A stretch of DNA of 38,633 bases from Patescibacteria group bacterium (GCA_035288465.1 DATEAH010000009.1:77951-116583), one strand, 5' to 3'. Shown: positions 25,173 to 34,625, numbered from the stretch's first letter. Made by a program: numbers and translations. The notes: generated from the sequence alone by a model not told the origin.

Positions 25173-25616
25173 ATGGTTAAATTATTAGATCAAATTGAAG
25201 CAGATTTTATCCAAGCCTTAAAATCAAAAGATAAAAGCCTGGATGTTTTAAGAATGTTAAAAAGCGCTCTTAAAAATGCTGAAATTGCTAAAAAAGAAGC
25301 CTTAAATGATACTGAAATTTTATTGGTGATTCAAAAAGAAAAAAAGCAGCGTCAAGACTCAGTTGAGGAATTTACTAAAGGCAATCGGTTAGAGTTAGTC
25401 GCCAAAGAAAAATTTGAAATCTCAATTTTAGAAAAATATTTACCAAAAGGCCTAAATGAAGCCGAATTAACCAAAATTATTGATGCCGCAATTTCAGAAA
25501 CTGGCGCAAAATCAAAATCAGAAATGGGTAAAGTAATGTCAAAAGTTATGCCACAAATTACTGGTCGTGCCACCGGGGAACAAGTTTCTAAAATAGTTAA
25601 TTCGAAACTTGCGTGA
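25173..25616 (+). CDS. yqeY: GatB/YqeY-domain protein
   Basis: The pattern is LKSALKNAEI..ILLVIQKEKKQRQDSVEEFTKGNRLELVAKEKFEISILEKYLP...MGKVMSKVMPQITGRATGEQVSKIV. Its position between rpsU and ybeY is conserved. Confidence 0.85.
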   Translation: MVKLLDQIEADFIQALKSKDKSLDVLRMLKSALKNAEIAKKEALNDTEILLVIQKEKKQRQDSVEEFTKGNRLELVAKEKFEISILEKYLPKGLNEAELTKIIDAAISETGAKSKSEMGKVMSKVMPQITGRATGEQVSKIVNSKLA

Positions 25617-25626
25617 AGTTATAATT

Positions 25627-26073
25627 ATGGAAAAAACTTTTTTGATTTTTATTAATCAAACTCGCAATATAAATTTAAATCAATATCAATCACAATTTGA
25701 AGAAATTCTCGAAAAAATTCTCAAACCGCTTAAATTAGCTAATAATCTTGAAATTTCAGTCACTTTTGTCACCAAATCTGCGATTAAAAAAATAAATCTT
25801 GAACATTTAGGTAAAAACATTACTACCGATGTTTTGAGCTTTAAAAGTGAAATTCCCCTAAGATCATCTAAGGTTTTAGCGGATATCTTTATTTGCCCCC
25901 CTAAAGCTAAAATAAATGCCCAGAAAGCGGCAATTTCCGAAAAACGTGAAATTCTTCAGTTATTTATACATGCCCTAATGCATATTTCAGATTTAGATCA
26001 TGAAAAACCTCAAATGAAAGAAAAATGGGATTTGATTTTTAAAAAATTGACGAATATAATAGAAGAGAAATAG
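25627..26073 (+). CDS. ybeY: Endoribonuclease YbeY (rRNA maturation factor)
   Basis: The zinc motif HxxxHxxxxxH is present as HALMHISDLDH. I prefer ATG 25627 over the listed TTG 25609, which overlaps yqeY. Either start is possible. Confidence 0.8.
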   Translation: MEKTFLIFINQTRNINLNQYQSQFEEILEKILKPLKLANNLEISVTFVTKSAIKKINLEHLGKNITTDVLSFKSEIPLRSSKVLADIFICPPKAKINAQKAAISEKREILQLFIHALMHISDLDHEKPQMKEKWDLIFKKLTNIIEEK

Positions 26074-26136
26074 CAATCGTTTTTTAATTTCATTTGATTA
26101 TTGTATATTATAATTTTATTTTTATGGGAGGGGTTA

Positions 26137-27372
26137 GTGGCGACATCAAAATCAATGATCTGCAGCTTAGACATTGGCACCAATAAAATTGCCACTTTAG
26201 TTGGGCAAAAAAAAGAATCAGGTGAGATTGAAATTTCCGGTTTCGGTCTATCTCCATCATCAGGTGTCAGAAAAGGCATGGTGACTGATATTGAAGAGAC
26301 TATTTCAGCCATTTCAGCTTCCCTTGAAGAAGCTGAAAGAATGGCGGGAACACCGCTTGAAAAAGCGATACTCTCTGTTGGTGGGGTGCAAATCTCATCA
26401 GCAAATAGTAAAGGTGTAATTGCCGTTTCTCGAGCTGATGGCGAAATTTCCGAAGATGATTTAATGCGTGTGATTGAGGCTGCTAAAGCTGTTTCTTTGC
26501 CGGCAAATCGAGAAATTCTCCATGTTATCCCTCGAATTTATACTGTCGATGGCCAAGATGGTGTCAAGGATCCGGTTGGTATGACTGGTATTCGACTTGA
26601 AGTCGATGCCCACGTTGTCTCAGCCTCAACTCCTTGTATTAAAAATTTAACTAAATGTGTTTATCAAGCCGGCTTGGATATTGAAGAATTAGTATTTTCA
26701 GGGATCGCCACCTCGTCAGCCTTTCTTTCCAAACAACAGCAAGAAATTGGTGCCGCCGTGATTGATATTGGTGCCGCCACTACGACAATGGCAGTTTTTG
26801 AAGAAGGCAACATTCTTCATTCTGCGGTCTTGCCGGTTGGGTCAGATCATATTACTAATGATATTGCAATTGGCCTTCGAACTTCAATTGATGTTGCCGA
26901 ACAAATCAAAATTAAAAATGGACAAGCCACCCCAGACGACATTCGCGAATCAGAAGAAATTGATTTATCCAAAATAGATAAATCAGAAAAGCAGAAGGCT
27001 TCTGCGGTATATGTGGCCGAAATTATTGAAGCCAGATTACAAGAAATCTTTTTATTAATTTCTGACGAATTAAAAAATATTGGTCGTGATGGTACCTTAC
27101 CAGCCGGGATTGTTTTAACGGGAGGGGGATCAAAAATATCTGGAATTTGCGATTTAGCCAAAAAAACTCTCAGATTGCCCGCTCAAATAGCAAAATTACA
27201 AGTCCCTGTTACGGGTATGATTGACAAGTTAGATGAGAGCATATATGCTTGTAGCATAGGCTTAATGATTTGGGGATTAGGTGCCACCCGTTCCGGAGTC
27301 ATTACTCGGGGTGGGGAATTTAATCGCACCGCCAGCAAGCTCAAGTCAATCTTTAAGCATTTTTTACCATAG
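26137..27372 (+). CDS. ftsA: Cell division protein FtsA
   Basis: I prefer GTG 26137 because GGGAGGGG at 26126-26133 lies just upstream. Family motifs are SLDIGTNKIATLVG, RKGMVTDIEE, VIDIGAATTTMAVFE, LPVGSDHITNDIA and IVLTGGGS. Confidence 0.92.
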   Translation: MATSKSMICSLDIGTNKIATLVGQKKESGEIEISGFGLSPSSGVRKGMVTDIEETISAISASLEEAERMAGTPLEKAILSVGGVQISSANSKGVIAVSRADGEISEDDLMRVIEAAKAVSLPANREILHVIPRIYTVDGQDGVKDPVGMTGIRLEVDAHVVSASTPCIKNLTKCVYQAGLDIEELVFSGIATSSAFLSKQQQEIGAAVIDIGAATTTMAVFEEGNILHSAVLPVGSDHITNDIAIGLRTSIDVAEQIKIKNGQATPDDIRESEEIDLSKIDKSEKQKASAVYVAEIIEARLQEIFLLISDELKNIGRDGTLPAGIVLTGGGSKISGICDLAKKTLRLPAQIAKLQVPVTGMIDKLDESIYACSIGLMIWGLGATRSGVITRGGEFNRTASKLKSIFKHFLP

Positions 27373-27455
27373 ATTAAATCCCTAAATTTAGTATATTTTT
27401 TAAATTAGTATATAATGATTTTAAGATAATAATATAGGAGGGGCTGAGGGGAAAT

Positions 27456-28643
27456 ATGATGAAGCCGATCGATAATTCAAAACCCGCGATCGTGAAACCT
27501 TCTGGTCCCGTGGAAGCATCAAAAGTGGATACGTTTGCCTTAATCAAAGTTATTGGTGTTGGCGGTGGAGGCTGTTCAGCCATCAATCGTATGATCCAGT
27601 CCAAATTGCACGGAGTGGATTTTATTGCTGTCAATACTGATGCTCAAGCTTTAGCTCATAACGAAGCCTCAACTAAGGTACAAATTGGTAAAGAAACAAC
27701 CCGTGGCTTGGGAGCCGGTGCTAATCCTGAAATCGGTCGAAAAGCGATCGAAGAAAACAAAGAAGAAATTTATGATGTAATTAAAGGTTCGGATATGGTT
27801 TTTGTCACCTGTGGTTTGGGTGGTGGCACTGGCACCGGATCAGCCCCGATGATTGCTGAAATTGCTAAAGAATTAGGGGCTCTAACTGTTGGTGTGGTGA
27901 CAAAGCCTTTTGCTTTTGAAGGACAAAGACGCGCTAAAATAGCCGAATTAGGCTTAGAAGAGCTTAAAGATAAGGTTGACACTTTAATTACTATTCCTAA
28001 TGATCGGTTATTGTCAATTATCGATAAAAAGACTTCATTATTTGACGCTTTTATGATCGTTGATGATGTTTTGAGACAAGGTGTTCAGGGAATTTCAGAT
28101 TTAATTATCCTTCATGGTATTATTAATGTGGATTTTGCCGATGTGAGAGCGGTGATGTCTGACGCTGGCTCTGCCCTAATGGGTATTGGTCGCGCTTCTG
28201 GTGATAATCGAGCCATGGAAGCGGCACATGCCGCCATTGAAAGCCCTTTATTGGATTTATCTATTGAAGGCGCTAAAGGTATTTTATTCAATATTACCGG
28301 TGGTCCAGATTTAAGCATGTACGAAATTGATGAAGCAGCCAAAGCCATCACTGAAGCGGCTGATCAAGATGCGAATATCATTTTTGGAGCCATCATCGAT
28401 GATGCCATGCAAGGCGAAATAAAAATTACAGTTGTTGCTGCCGGTTTTGAAGGACGTCTACGACACGAAGAAAAAAAGCGAGAAATGACCACTGTTCAAC
28501 AATTTCCGGACACTTCTAGTTTAGAAAACCCCGTCGAAGACGATTCTTTTTCAGCCTCACCCTTTGCCCCAGAGCCTGCAAAACCCGAAGAAGAAGAGGA
28601 TGAACTCGAGGTTCCGGCCTTTATTCGAAAAAAATTAAAATAA
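27456..28643 (+). CDS. ftsZ: Cell division GTPase FtsZ
   Basis: Family motifs are [14 protein letters not shown], the tubulin signature [12 protein letters not shown], and NDRLL. The C-terminal peptide is [12 protein letters not shown]. Confidence 0.97.
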   Translation: MMKPIDNSKPAIVKPSGPVEASKVDTFALIKVIGVGGGGCSAINRMIQSKLHGVDFIAVNTDAQALAHNEASTKVQIGKETTRGLGAGANPEIGRKAIEENKEEIYDVIKGSDMVFVTCGLGGGTGTGSAPMIAEIAKELGALTVGVVTKPFAFEGQRRAKIAELGLEELKDKVDTLITIPNDRLLSIIDKKTSLFDAFMIVDDVLRQGVQGISDLIILHGIINVDFADVRAVMSDAGSALMGIGRASGDNRAMEAAHAAIESPLLDLSIEGAKGILFNITGGPDLSMYEIDEAAKAITEAADQDANIIFGAIIDDAMQGEIKITVVAAGFEGRLRHEEKKREMTTVQQFPDTSSLENPVEDDSFSASPFAPEPAKPEEEEDELEVPAFIRKKLK

Positions 28644-28667
28644 AAATCTTATTAAAAACAAAATAAA

Positions 28668-28697
28668 ATATGACTAAAAGGGGCGTGTCATATTTTT
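28668..28697 (+). terminator. Intrinsic terminator after ftsZ
   Basis: The stem pairs ATATGAC (28668-28674) with GTCATAT (28686-28692) and is followed by TTTTT. Confidence 0.6.
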
Positions 28698-28749
28698 ATT
28701 GTTCTAAAATTCAAATATATAATTAGTTTAATAGATAAAAGGAGGGATC

Positions 28750-31212
28750 GTGGCATCTCAAAAAAAAATCAGCCCTAAACTAAAACTTAATCTTGATGAA
28801 ACCCATTGGCCTGGCAAAAATAAAATGCCGGATGATCTATCTGAACCAATTTTATCCGACAATGCGCGAGAAATTTTAATTAAGCGTTATTTAATTAAGG
28901 ATGATGATGGGAATCCTTTGGAATCACCCAAGGAATTATTTTGGCGCGTCGCTTATTATATTGCCGCCGCCGATCTCAAATATAATAAAAAAACAGATCA
29001 TCTTAAACTAGCGCGTGAATATTATCAATTAATCTCAACCACGGATTTTTTACCAAATTCCCCGACTTTACGAGGCGCTGGCAGGGAGATTCACCAATTA
29101 TCGGCTTGTTTTGTTTTACCTATCGAAGACACTATGGATGGAATTTTCACGACGCTACATGATATGGCGCTAATTCACAAAGGTGGGGGAGGGACTGGTT
29201 TTTCCTTTGGAAAACTTCGACCAGAGGGGGATATCGTGGGGGTAACTGGTGGAATTGCGGGCGGCCCAATTTCATTTATGCGTATTTTTGACTCTGTGGC
29301 CCAAGAAGTGATGCAAGGTGGCGTTCGAGTTGGTGCTAATATGGGTATTTTACCAATTACTCATCCGGATATTCAAAAATTTATTAATTGTAAAAAGGAC
29401 GGCGCCTCATTCCGCAATTTTAATCTTTCGGTGGCCGTGACTGATGATTTTATGGAGAGAGTTGAAAAAGGTGAGAATTATGATTTAATTAATCCCCGAA
29501 CTAATGAAAAAATGGATCGCCTTAATGCTAAAGAAATTTTTAATGAAATTATCGAAAATGCTTGGACTAATGGTGATCCTGGGATTATATTTATTGACAG
29601 CATGAACCGAGATAATCCCACCCCGGCTTTGGGAAAAATTGAATCAACTAATCCTTGTGGAGAACAACCCCTTTTACCATATGAATCGTGTAATTTGGGT
29701 TCAATAAATTTATCTCGTCTGGTTACTTTGGATAAAATTAATTGGGATAAATTAAAAAATATTGTACATCTGGCGGTGAGATTTTTAGATAATGTCATTG
29801 ATGTTAATAAGTATGCCGTCCGCGAGGTTGAAAAAATTACCAAAGCTAATCGAAAAATTGGTTTAGGAGTAATGGGTTTTGCCGACATGCTGGCGCAATT
29901 AGAGATTCCATATGCCTCCGAAAAGGCCGTTGTTTTAGCTCAAAAAGTGATGGGTTTTATCCAACGTGAATCTCAAAATGCCTCCCACCAATTAGCTAAA
30001 AAACGTGGTCCCTTTCCGAATTTTAAAAATAGTATTTATGCCAAAAAAGAACCAATCAGAAATGCCACCATCACCACCATTGCGCCTACTGGAACCCTAT
30101 CATTAATTGGCGGTTGTTCAGGAGGTATTGAACCATTTTTTGCCTTAGCTTATAAGAAAAAATCATTATTCAATAAAGATGGTTCAGCATCTTTAGAGCA
30201 AATTTATGTCAACCAGACTTTTGAAAATATCGCTAAAAAAATAGGTTTTTATTCGCGAGATTTATTAGAAAAAGTAATCGATACCGGGTCTGTCGCTGAT
30301 CTTAAAGAGGTTTCGAAAAAATATAAAGATATTTTTGCTACCGCTGGCGAAATTGATCCTGAATGGCATATTAAAATGCAAGCGGCTTTTCAGACACATG
30401 TTGATAATGCGGTTTCAAAAACGATTAATTTTGCCAACAAGGCCACCATTGAAGATGTTAAAAATGTTTATTTAACCGCTTATAAAACTAAATGCAAAGG
30501 GATTACGATTTATCGAGATGGTTCTCGGGATGTCCAGGTTTTAACTAAAGGCAAACATGATAACCAAATTATTAAAACCACTCCAGATAATGATCTAATT
30601 TTGGATACTTCAATTACTCATCAAAAATTAGCACCCCGAGAACGACCCGATAAAATTGCCGGTATGACTTATAAGGTTATTACTGGCTATGGTAATATGT
30701 ATGTAACGATTAATGAAGATGAATTTGGCGATCCATTTGAAATTTTTACCCATATTGGTAAATCCGGTGGGTTCTTTGCTGCCAAGGCTGAAGCAATTTC
30801 CAGGTTAATCTCCTTAGCACTCCGTTCTGGAATTGATGCCCATGAAATCGTTGACCAATTAAAAGGGATTCGTGGCCCAAATCCAGCGTGGGGCGAAAAA
30901 GGGATGGTTTTATCAATGCCAGATGCCATTGGTCAAATATTAGATTTGCATATCAAAAAAAATCAAGAACAATTAAGTTTGGATAATTACCAAAAACAAA
31001 TAAATCCAGAAAATTTAGAAAATCCAAATCAAGAAAATTTAATATCTGCAGGCTCAAACAATGATGCGCCCGACAATCACCAATCAGCCGAAAAACTTAA
31101 AACTCTCGCTGATTTAGGCGATGCGCCGGCTTGCCCAGAATGCCATGAAGTTTTAGAATTAGGGGAGGGGTGTTTAAAATGTCATTTTTGCGGTTATTCA
31201 AAATGCGCTTAA
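28750..31212 (+). CDS. nrdJ: Class II (adenosylcobalamin-dependent) ribonucleotide reductase with a C-terminal zinc ribbon
   Basis: GTG start follows AAGGAGGG. Family motifs are LSACFVLPIEDTM, HKGGGGTGFSF, TNPCGEQPLLPYESCNLGSINL, TIAPTGTLS and ITIYRDGSR. The C-terminus reads CPECHEVLELGEGCLKCHFCGYSKC. Confidence 0.93.
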   Translation: MASQKKISPKLKLNLDETHWPGKNKMPDDLSEPILSDNAREILIKRYLIKDDDGNPLESPKELFWRVAYYIAAADLKYNKKTDHLKLAREYYQLISTTDFLPNSPTLRGAGREIHQLSACFVLPIEDTMDGIFTTLHDMALIHKGGGGTGFSFGKLRPEGDIVGVTGGIAGGPISFMRIFDSVAQEVMQGGVRVGANMGILPITHPDIQKFINCKKDGASFRNFNLSVAVTDDFMERVEKGENYDLINPRTNEKMDRLNAKEIFNEIIENAWTNGDPGIIFIDSMNRDNPTPALGKIESTNPCGEQPLLPYESCNLGSINLSRLVTLDKINWDKLKNIVHLAVRFLDNVIDVNKYAVREVEKITKANRKIGLGVMGFADMLAQLEIPYASEKAVVLAQKVMGFIQRESQNASHQLAKKRGPFPNFKNSIYAKKEPIRNATITTIAPTGTLSLIGGCSGGIEPFFALAYKKKSLFNKDGSASLEQIYVNQTFENIAKKIGFYSRDLLEKVIDTGSVADLKEVSKKYKDIFATAGEIDPEWHIKMQAAFQTHVDNAVSKTINFANKATIEDVKNVYLTAYKTKCKGITIYRDGSRDVQVLTKGKHDNQIIKTTPDNDLILDTSITHQKLAPRERPDKIAGMTYKVITGYGNMYVTINEDEFGDPFEIFTHIGKSGGFFAAKAEAISRLISLALRSGIDAHEIVDQLKGIRGPNPAWGEKGMVLSMPDAIGQILDLHIKKNQEQLSLDNYQKQINPENLENPNQENLISAGSNNDAPDNHQSAEKLKTLADLGDAPACPECHEVLELGEGCLKCHFCGYSKCA

Positions 31213-31237
31213 ACTTTAATAATTAAAATAAACAAAA

Positions 31238-31762
31238 ATGAAAAATCAAGGATTGACACAAGTATATACTGGTGATGGCAAAGGTAAAACTACCGCGGCG
31301 TTAGGCTTAGCTCTAAGAGCGTTGGGTTGGAATAAAAAAGTTTGTATGATACAGTTTATAAAGGGTGATAAAAAAATTGGCGAAATCAAAATTTCCAAAA
31401 ATTATCTGCCGCACTTTTCGATTCATCAATTTTCTAAAGACACGCGTTTTATTTTAAAAGCCAATAAATCAGATCAATTACTTGCTCAAAAAACCCTCAA
31501 ACACGCGGAGAAAGTAATTAATTCAAAAAAATTTGACATTGTGATACTAGATGAAATTAATATTGCTATGTCGCTAAAATTAATTACAATCAATTCAGTT
31601 TTAGAAATAATTAAATCAAAACCTAAAAAACTGGAATTAATTCTAACTGGACGCAATGCTCCTCAAAAAATTATCGATGCCGCAAATTTAGTGACAGAAA
31701 TGAAAATGATCAAACATCCATATTATAAAAATATTCCAGCACGAAAAGGAATTGATTTTTAA
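31238..31762 (+). CDS. cobO: ATP:cob(I)alamin adenosyltransferase (CobO/CobA/BtuR type)
   Basis: Family motifs are GLTQVYTGDGKGKTTAALGLALRALGWNKKVCMIQFIKG, ILDEINIAM, LILTGRNAP and MKMIKHPY. Confidence 0.85.
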   Translation: MKNQGLTQVYTGDGKGKTTAALGLALRALGWNKKVCMIQFIKGDKKIGEIKISKNYLPHFSIHQFSKDTRFILKANKSDQLLAQKTLKHAEKVINSKKFDIVILDEINIAMSLKLITINSVLEIIKSKPKKLELILTGRNAPQKIIDAANLVTEMKMIKHPYYKNIPARKGIDF

Positions 31763-31782
31763 CTTAAACAGGAAGGAGAACC

Positions 31783-32202
31783 GTGCCAAACGTAAAAGTT
31801 ACCAAAATTTCAAGTAAAATTAGTACTGATTCCCGATGGAAAATTGGTTTAGTCGTTGTGATAGCTTTAACTGCTATTTTTGTTTGGAAAGATCTGACCA
31901 CCCAAAGAACTGGGAGTGAAAATTCAAATCCAGAAGTCCTAGGCGCACAAACCATCACCTACAAAGGTGTTGATGGGAAAACTACTTTGGATTTATTAAA
32001 AAAAGATCACCGAGTTGAATATTCTGATTCAAGCTTGGGGGTTTTTATTAATTCAATCGATGGTGTTGCAAACTCAACCGAATCGTATTGGATGTATTAT
32101 GTTGATGGGGAGTTAGGACAATTAGCACCTGATAAATTTATGACGAAAAATAATCAAACCATTGAATGGAAATATGAAAAAATTGATAATTTAAATATTT
32201 AA
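31783..32202 (+). CDS. DUF4430 (transcobalamin-like) domain protein, membrane-anchored
   Basis: GTG start follows AGGAAGGAGA. The TM helix is WKIGLVVVIALTAIFVW. The domain pattern is ITYKGVDGKTTLDLLKK..VEYSDSSLGVFINSIDGVAN..YWMYYVDGELGQLAPDKFMTKNNQTIEWKYEK. Confidence 0.7.
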   Translation: MPNVKVTKISSKISTDSRWKIGLVVVIALTAIFVWKDLTTQRTGSENSNPEVLGAQTITYKGVDGKTTLDLLKKDHRVEYSDSSLGVFINSIDGVANSTESYWMYYVDGELGQLAPDKFMTKNNQTIEWKYEKIDNLNI

Positions 32203-32218
32203 GTAAATTATATGAGGT

Positions 32219-32740
32219 TTGATGGTTTACTTTTTTATTTTTGCCGGTGCCGCCTTGCGTTTACTGCCGCATGAACCAAATTTTACCCCAATTGCAGCAA
32301 TAGCTTTGTTTTCCGGTGTAAATTTATCTCGAAAGCAAGCTTTAATAATTCCTATTTTAACTATGTTGGCTGCTGATATTTTTATTGGCTTTGCCAGTTT
32401 TTGGGTGACAATTTCGGTGTATGGCAGTTTTTTAATTATCAGTTTATTAGGTTTATGGCTTAAAAATCACCAAAAAATTCAAAATATGGTTATGGTCAGC
32501 CTTACCGGTTCATTTATCTTTTTCTTTTTAACTAATTTTGCAGTTTGGGCCGCAACGCCGTGGTATGAAAAAAATCTTCAGGGAATAATTAATTGTTATT
32601 ATATGGCTTTGCCGTTTTTTAGAAATACAGTTTTAGGTGATTTATTCTACGTGGCTGTTATTTTCGGTTTATTTGAATTATCAAAATTATTAGTTTCAAA
32701 AAGGAGTGTGATATGGAAAAAGATCTCTTTATTGAATTAA
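32219..32740 (+). CDS. Polytopic membrane protein, putative vitamin (cobalamin?) transport component (DUF6580-like)
   Basis: There are five to six hydrophobic helices. The N-terminal stretch AALRLLPHEPNFTPIAAIALFSG resembles the family as I remember it. The assignment rests mostly on gene context. Confidence 0.35.
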   Translation: MMVYFFIFAGAALRLLPHEPNFTPIAAIALFSGVNLSRKQALIIPILTMLAADIFIGFASFWVTISVYGSFLIISLLGLWLKNHQKIQNMVMVSLTGSFIFFFLTNFAVWAATPWYEKNLQGIINCYYMALPFFRNTVLGDLFYVAVIFGLFELSKLLVSKRSVIWKKISLLN

Positions 32741-33042
32741 ATGATTCAAAATGGAAAAATGAAATTATTAAAGCCGAAAAGCCGGTCTTAATTGATTTTT
32801 ATGCCCCATGGTGCGGTTCATGCAAAGCCTTAGAACCAACCCTTAAAGCCTTTGCTTTAAAATATCAAAATAAACTTAAATTTGCAAAATTAAACGTTGA
32901 TCAAAATCCCAAAATTGCCAACCTAAACCATGTGATGGGTTTACCAACCTTATTATTATATAATCAGGGTAAGATTGTGACTAATTTAACCAGAGTTCAA
33001 TCATTAGCCCAAATAGAAAAACAACTTGAAAAGCATCTTTAA
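32713..33042 (+). CDS. trxA: Thioredoxin (active site WCGSC)
   Basis: RBS AAGGAG is present. Family motifs are PVLIDFYAPWCGSCKALEP, KFAKLNVDQNP and GLPTLLLY. Confidence 0.88.
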   Translation: MEKDLFIELNDSKWKNEIIKAEKPVLIDFYAPWCGSCKALEPTLKAFALKYQNKLKFAKLNVDQNPKIANLNHVMGLPTLLLYNQGKIVTNLTRVQSLAQIEKQLEKHL

Positions 33043-33290
33043 TGCTGACATTTTTAGATTTTTTAAATTTTACTCTCAATGTTTATTTAGTGATATTATT
33101 TATTCGCGTTATTTTATCATGGTTCTCGTTCAATTGGGATAATCCGCTTTTAAACTTTATTTTTGAAATCACAGAACCTGTCCTTATCCCATTTCGAAAA
33201 TTTGCCACTTTTGGCAACATTGATTTTTCACCCGTGCTCGTTATGATTATCTTAGAAATTATTAGGCAGGTGATTAATAATTTTTTATGA
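33042..33290 (+). CDS. yggT: YggT-family membrane protein
   Basis: The ATG overlaps the trxA stop (TAATG). The pattern is LVILFIRVILSWF...NPLLNFIFEITEPVLIPFRK...IDFSPVLVMIILEI. Confidence 0.75.
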   Translation: MLTFLDFLNFTLNVYLVILFIRVILSWFSFNWDNPLLNFIFEITEPVLIPFRKFATFGNIDFSPVLVMIILEIIRQVINNFL

Positions 33291-33413
33291 AGCCTTTCCA
33301 GCTTAAAAATCAGATAAATTGTGAGATTTTAGGCGAAATCCGCCGAAGTCCGATTATTTATTGGCACGAAGGCGGATAAAATCAATCTAATTTCATTAAA
33401 TTTGTGAGGTAAT

Positions 33414-34625
33414 CTGAAAATTATCCATTTTGCTGATATTCATATTGGTATGGAAAATTATGGAAAAATAGATAATCTCACCGGTATGAATTTTCGATTC
33501 ATGGATTTTTTAAATTCATTTGATGAACTAATCGTAAAAGCGAAAAATATAAATCCAGATCTTATTGTTTTTGCCGGCGATGCTTATCGCGATCGAAATC
33601 CGACCCCAACCCACCAACGGGAAGCGGCGCTCCGTTTTAAAAAATTGGCCCTAATTGCTCCCACCATCCTAGTGGTTGGAAATCATGATTTGCCGCAAGC
33701 CTTAGAAAAAGCCAATACTTTAGATATTTTTTCCGCGCTCGAAGTTGAAAATATTATCGTTTTTCGAAGACCGACCCTAAAAGTTATCCAATCAAAATCT
33801 GGTTCGGTCCAAGTTTTGGCCTTACCCTGGATTACCAAAAGTAAACTGTTAGAAAAAGATCAATTTTTAGGAAAATCAGCCGATGAAACTCAAATTTTAT
33901 TGGCTCAAAAATTAAATCAAATTACTAAAAAATTTATTGACAAAATTAATCCCAAAATTCCAGCCGTTGCAGTTGTTCATGCCACGTGTGAAAATGCCAC
34001 TTTTGGCTCAGAAAGATCTGTGATGCTTGGCACAGACTTAATTTTATCGGAAAAATCATTTATCAGTCCTAAAATCCAATATGTTGGTTTAGGGCATATT
34101 CATAAATTCCAAGTTCTCAGAGAAAATCCGCCCATTATATATGCCGGTTCGATTGACCGAATTGATTTTGGGGAAGAAAAAGATGCCAAAGGTTTTGTGG
34201 TAGCTGATATTGAAGTTGGCAAAAAAACTGAATATAAATTTATTAAATTGTCGGTCCGTCCTTTTAAAACCATCAATTTGAAATTAGATTATTTTGATGA
34301 TTCCCTTGAAAAAACGATTAAAAAACAAATTGGTCATGCAAATTTTAAAAACACGGTAGTGCGCGTTAAGGTTAAAATGCCCGCGGACTTGATTGGCCAG
34401 GTTAATGAGCATCTGATTAGAAAATATTTAAATGACGCTTTTCACATTGTTTCAATCACTTTTGAAACCCCGCAAACTCGTAAAATCAAACAAACAGTCT
34501 TTTTAGAACAAGGTGAAACTCCTTTAAAAACTCTAATTCACTACCTGGAAATTAACAAAGTCTCTTCCAAAAAACGCGAACAATTAATTAAATACGCTAA
34601 AGATTTAATTGAAGAAAGGGAATAG
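33414..34625 (+). CDS. sbcD: Exonuclease SbcD (Mre11-family phosphoesterase), probable CTG start
   Basis: The listed ORF starts at ATG 33450, but the in-frame codons 33414-33449 encode (L/M)KIIHFADIHIG. This is the essential phosphoesterase motif I (D-x-H). Later motifs are VFAGDAYRD, VVGNHD and GLGHIH. An in-frame stop lies at 33405-33407. Confidence 0.8.
   Translation: MKIIHFADIHIGMENYGKIDNLTGMNFRFMDFLNSFDELIVKAKNINPDLIVFAGDAYRDRNPTPTHQREAALRFKKLALIAPTILVVGNHDLPQALEKANTLDIFSALEVENIIVFRRPTLKVIQSKSGSVQVLALPWITKSKLLEKDQFLGKSADETQILLAQKLNQITKKFIDKINPKIPAVAVVHATCENATFGSERSVMLGTDLILSEKSFISPKIQYVGLGHIHKFQVLRENPPIIYAGSIDRIDFGEEKDAKGFVVADIEVGKKTEYKFIKLSVRPFKTINLKLDYFDDSLEKTIKKQIGHANFKNTVVRVKVKMPADLIGQVNEHLIRKYLNDAFHIVSITFETPQTRKIKQTVFLEQGETPLKTLIHYLEINKVSSKKREQLIKYAKDLIEERE

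Noticed and set aside
26010-28351. Antisense ORFs within ybeY/ftsA/ftsZ (26010-26312, 26847-27161, 27374-27634, 27770-27982, 28112-28351)
   Set aside because: They are opposite to highly conserved, confidently identified genes. I take them to be shadow ORFs.
28644-28749. Cobalamin riboswitch or NrdR box upstream of nrdJ
   Set aside because: After the ftsZ terminator only about 50 nt of AT-rich spacer remains, which is far too short for a B12 aptamer. I see no paired NrdR-box-like repeats. I also found no riboswitch-sized leader before cobO or the DUF4430 gene.
28760-28768. A9 homopolymer in codons 4-7 of nrdJ as a possible phase-variation switch
   Set aside because: Poly-A runs encoding Lys are common in this AT-rich genome. 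nrdJ is presumably essential, and the tract is in frame as assembled. Nothing supports switching.
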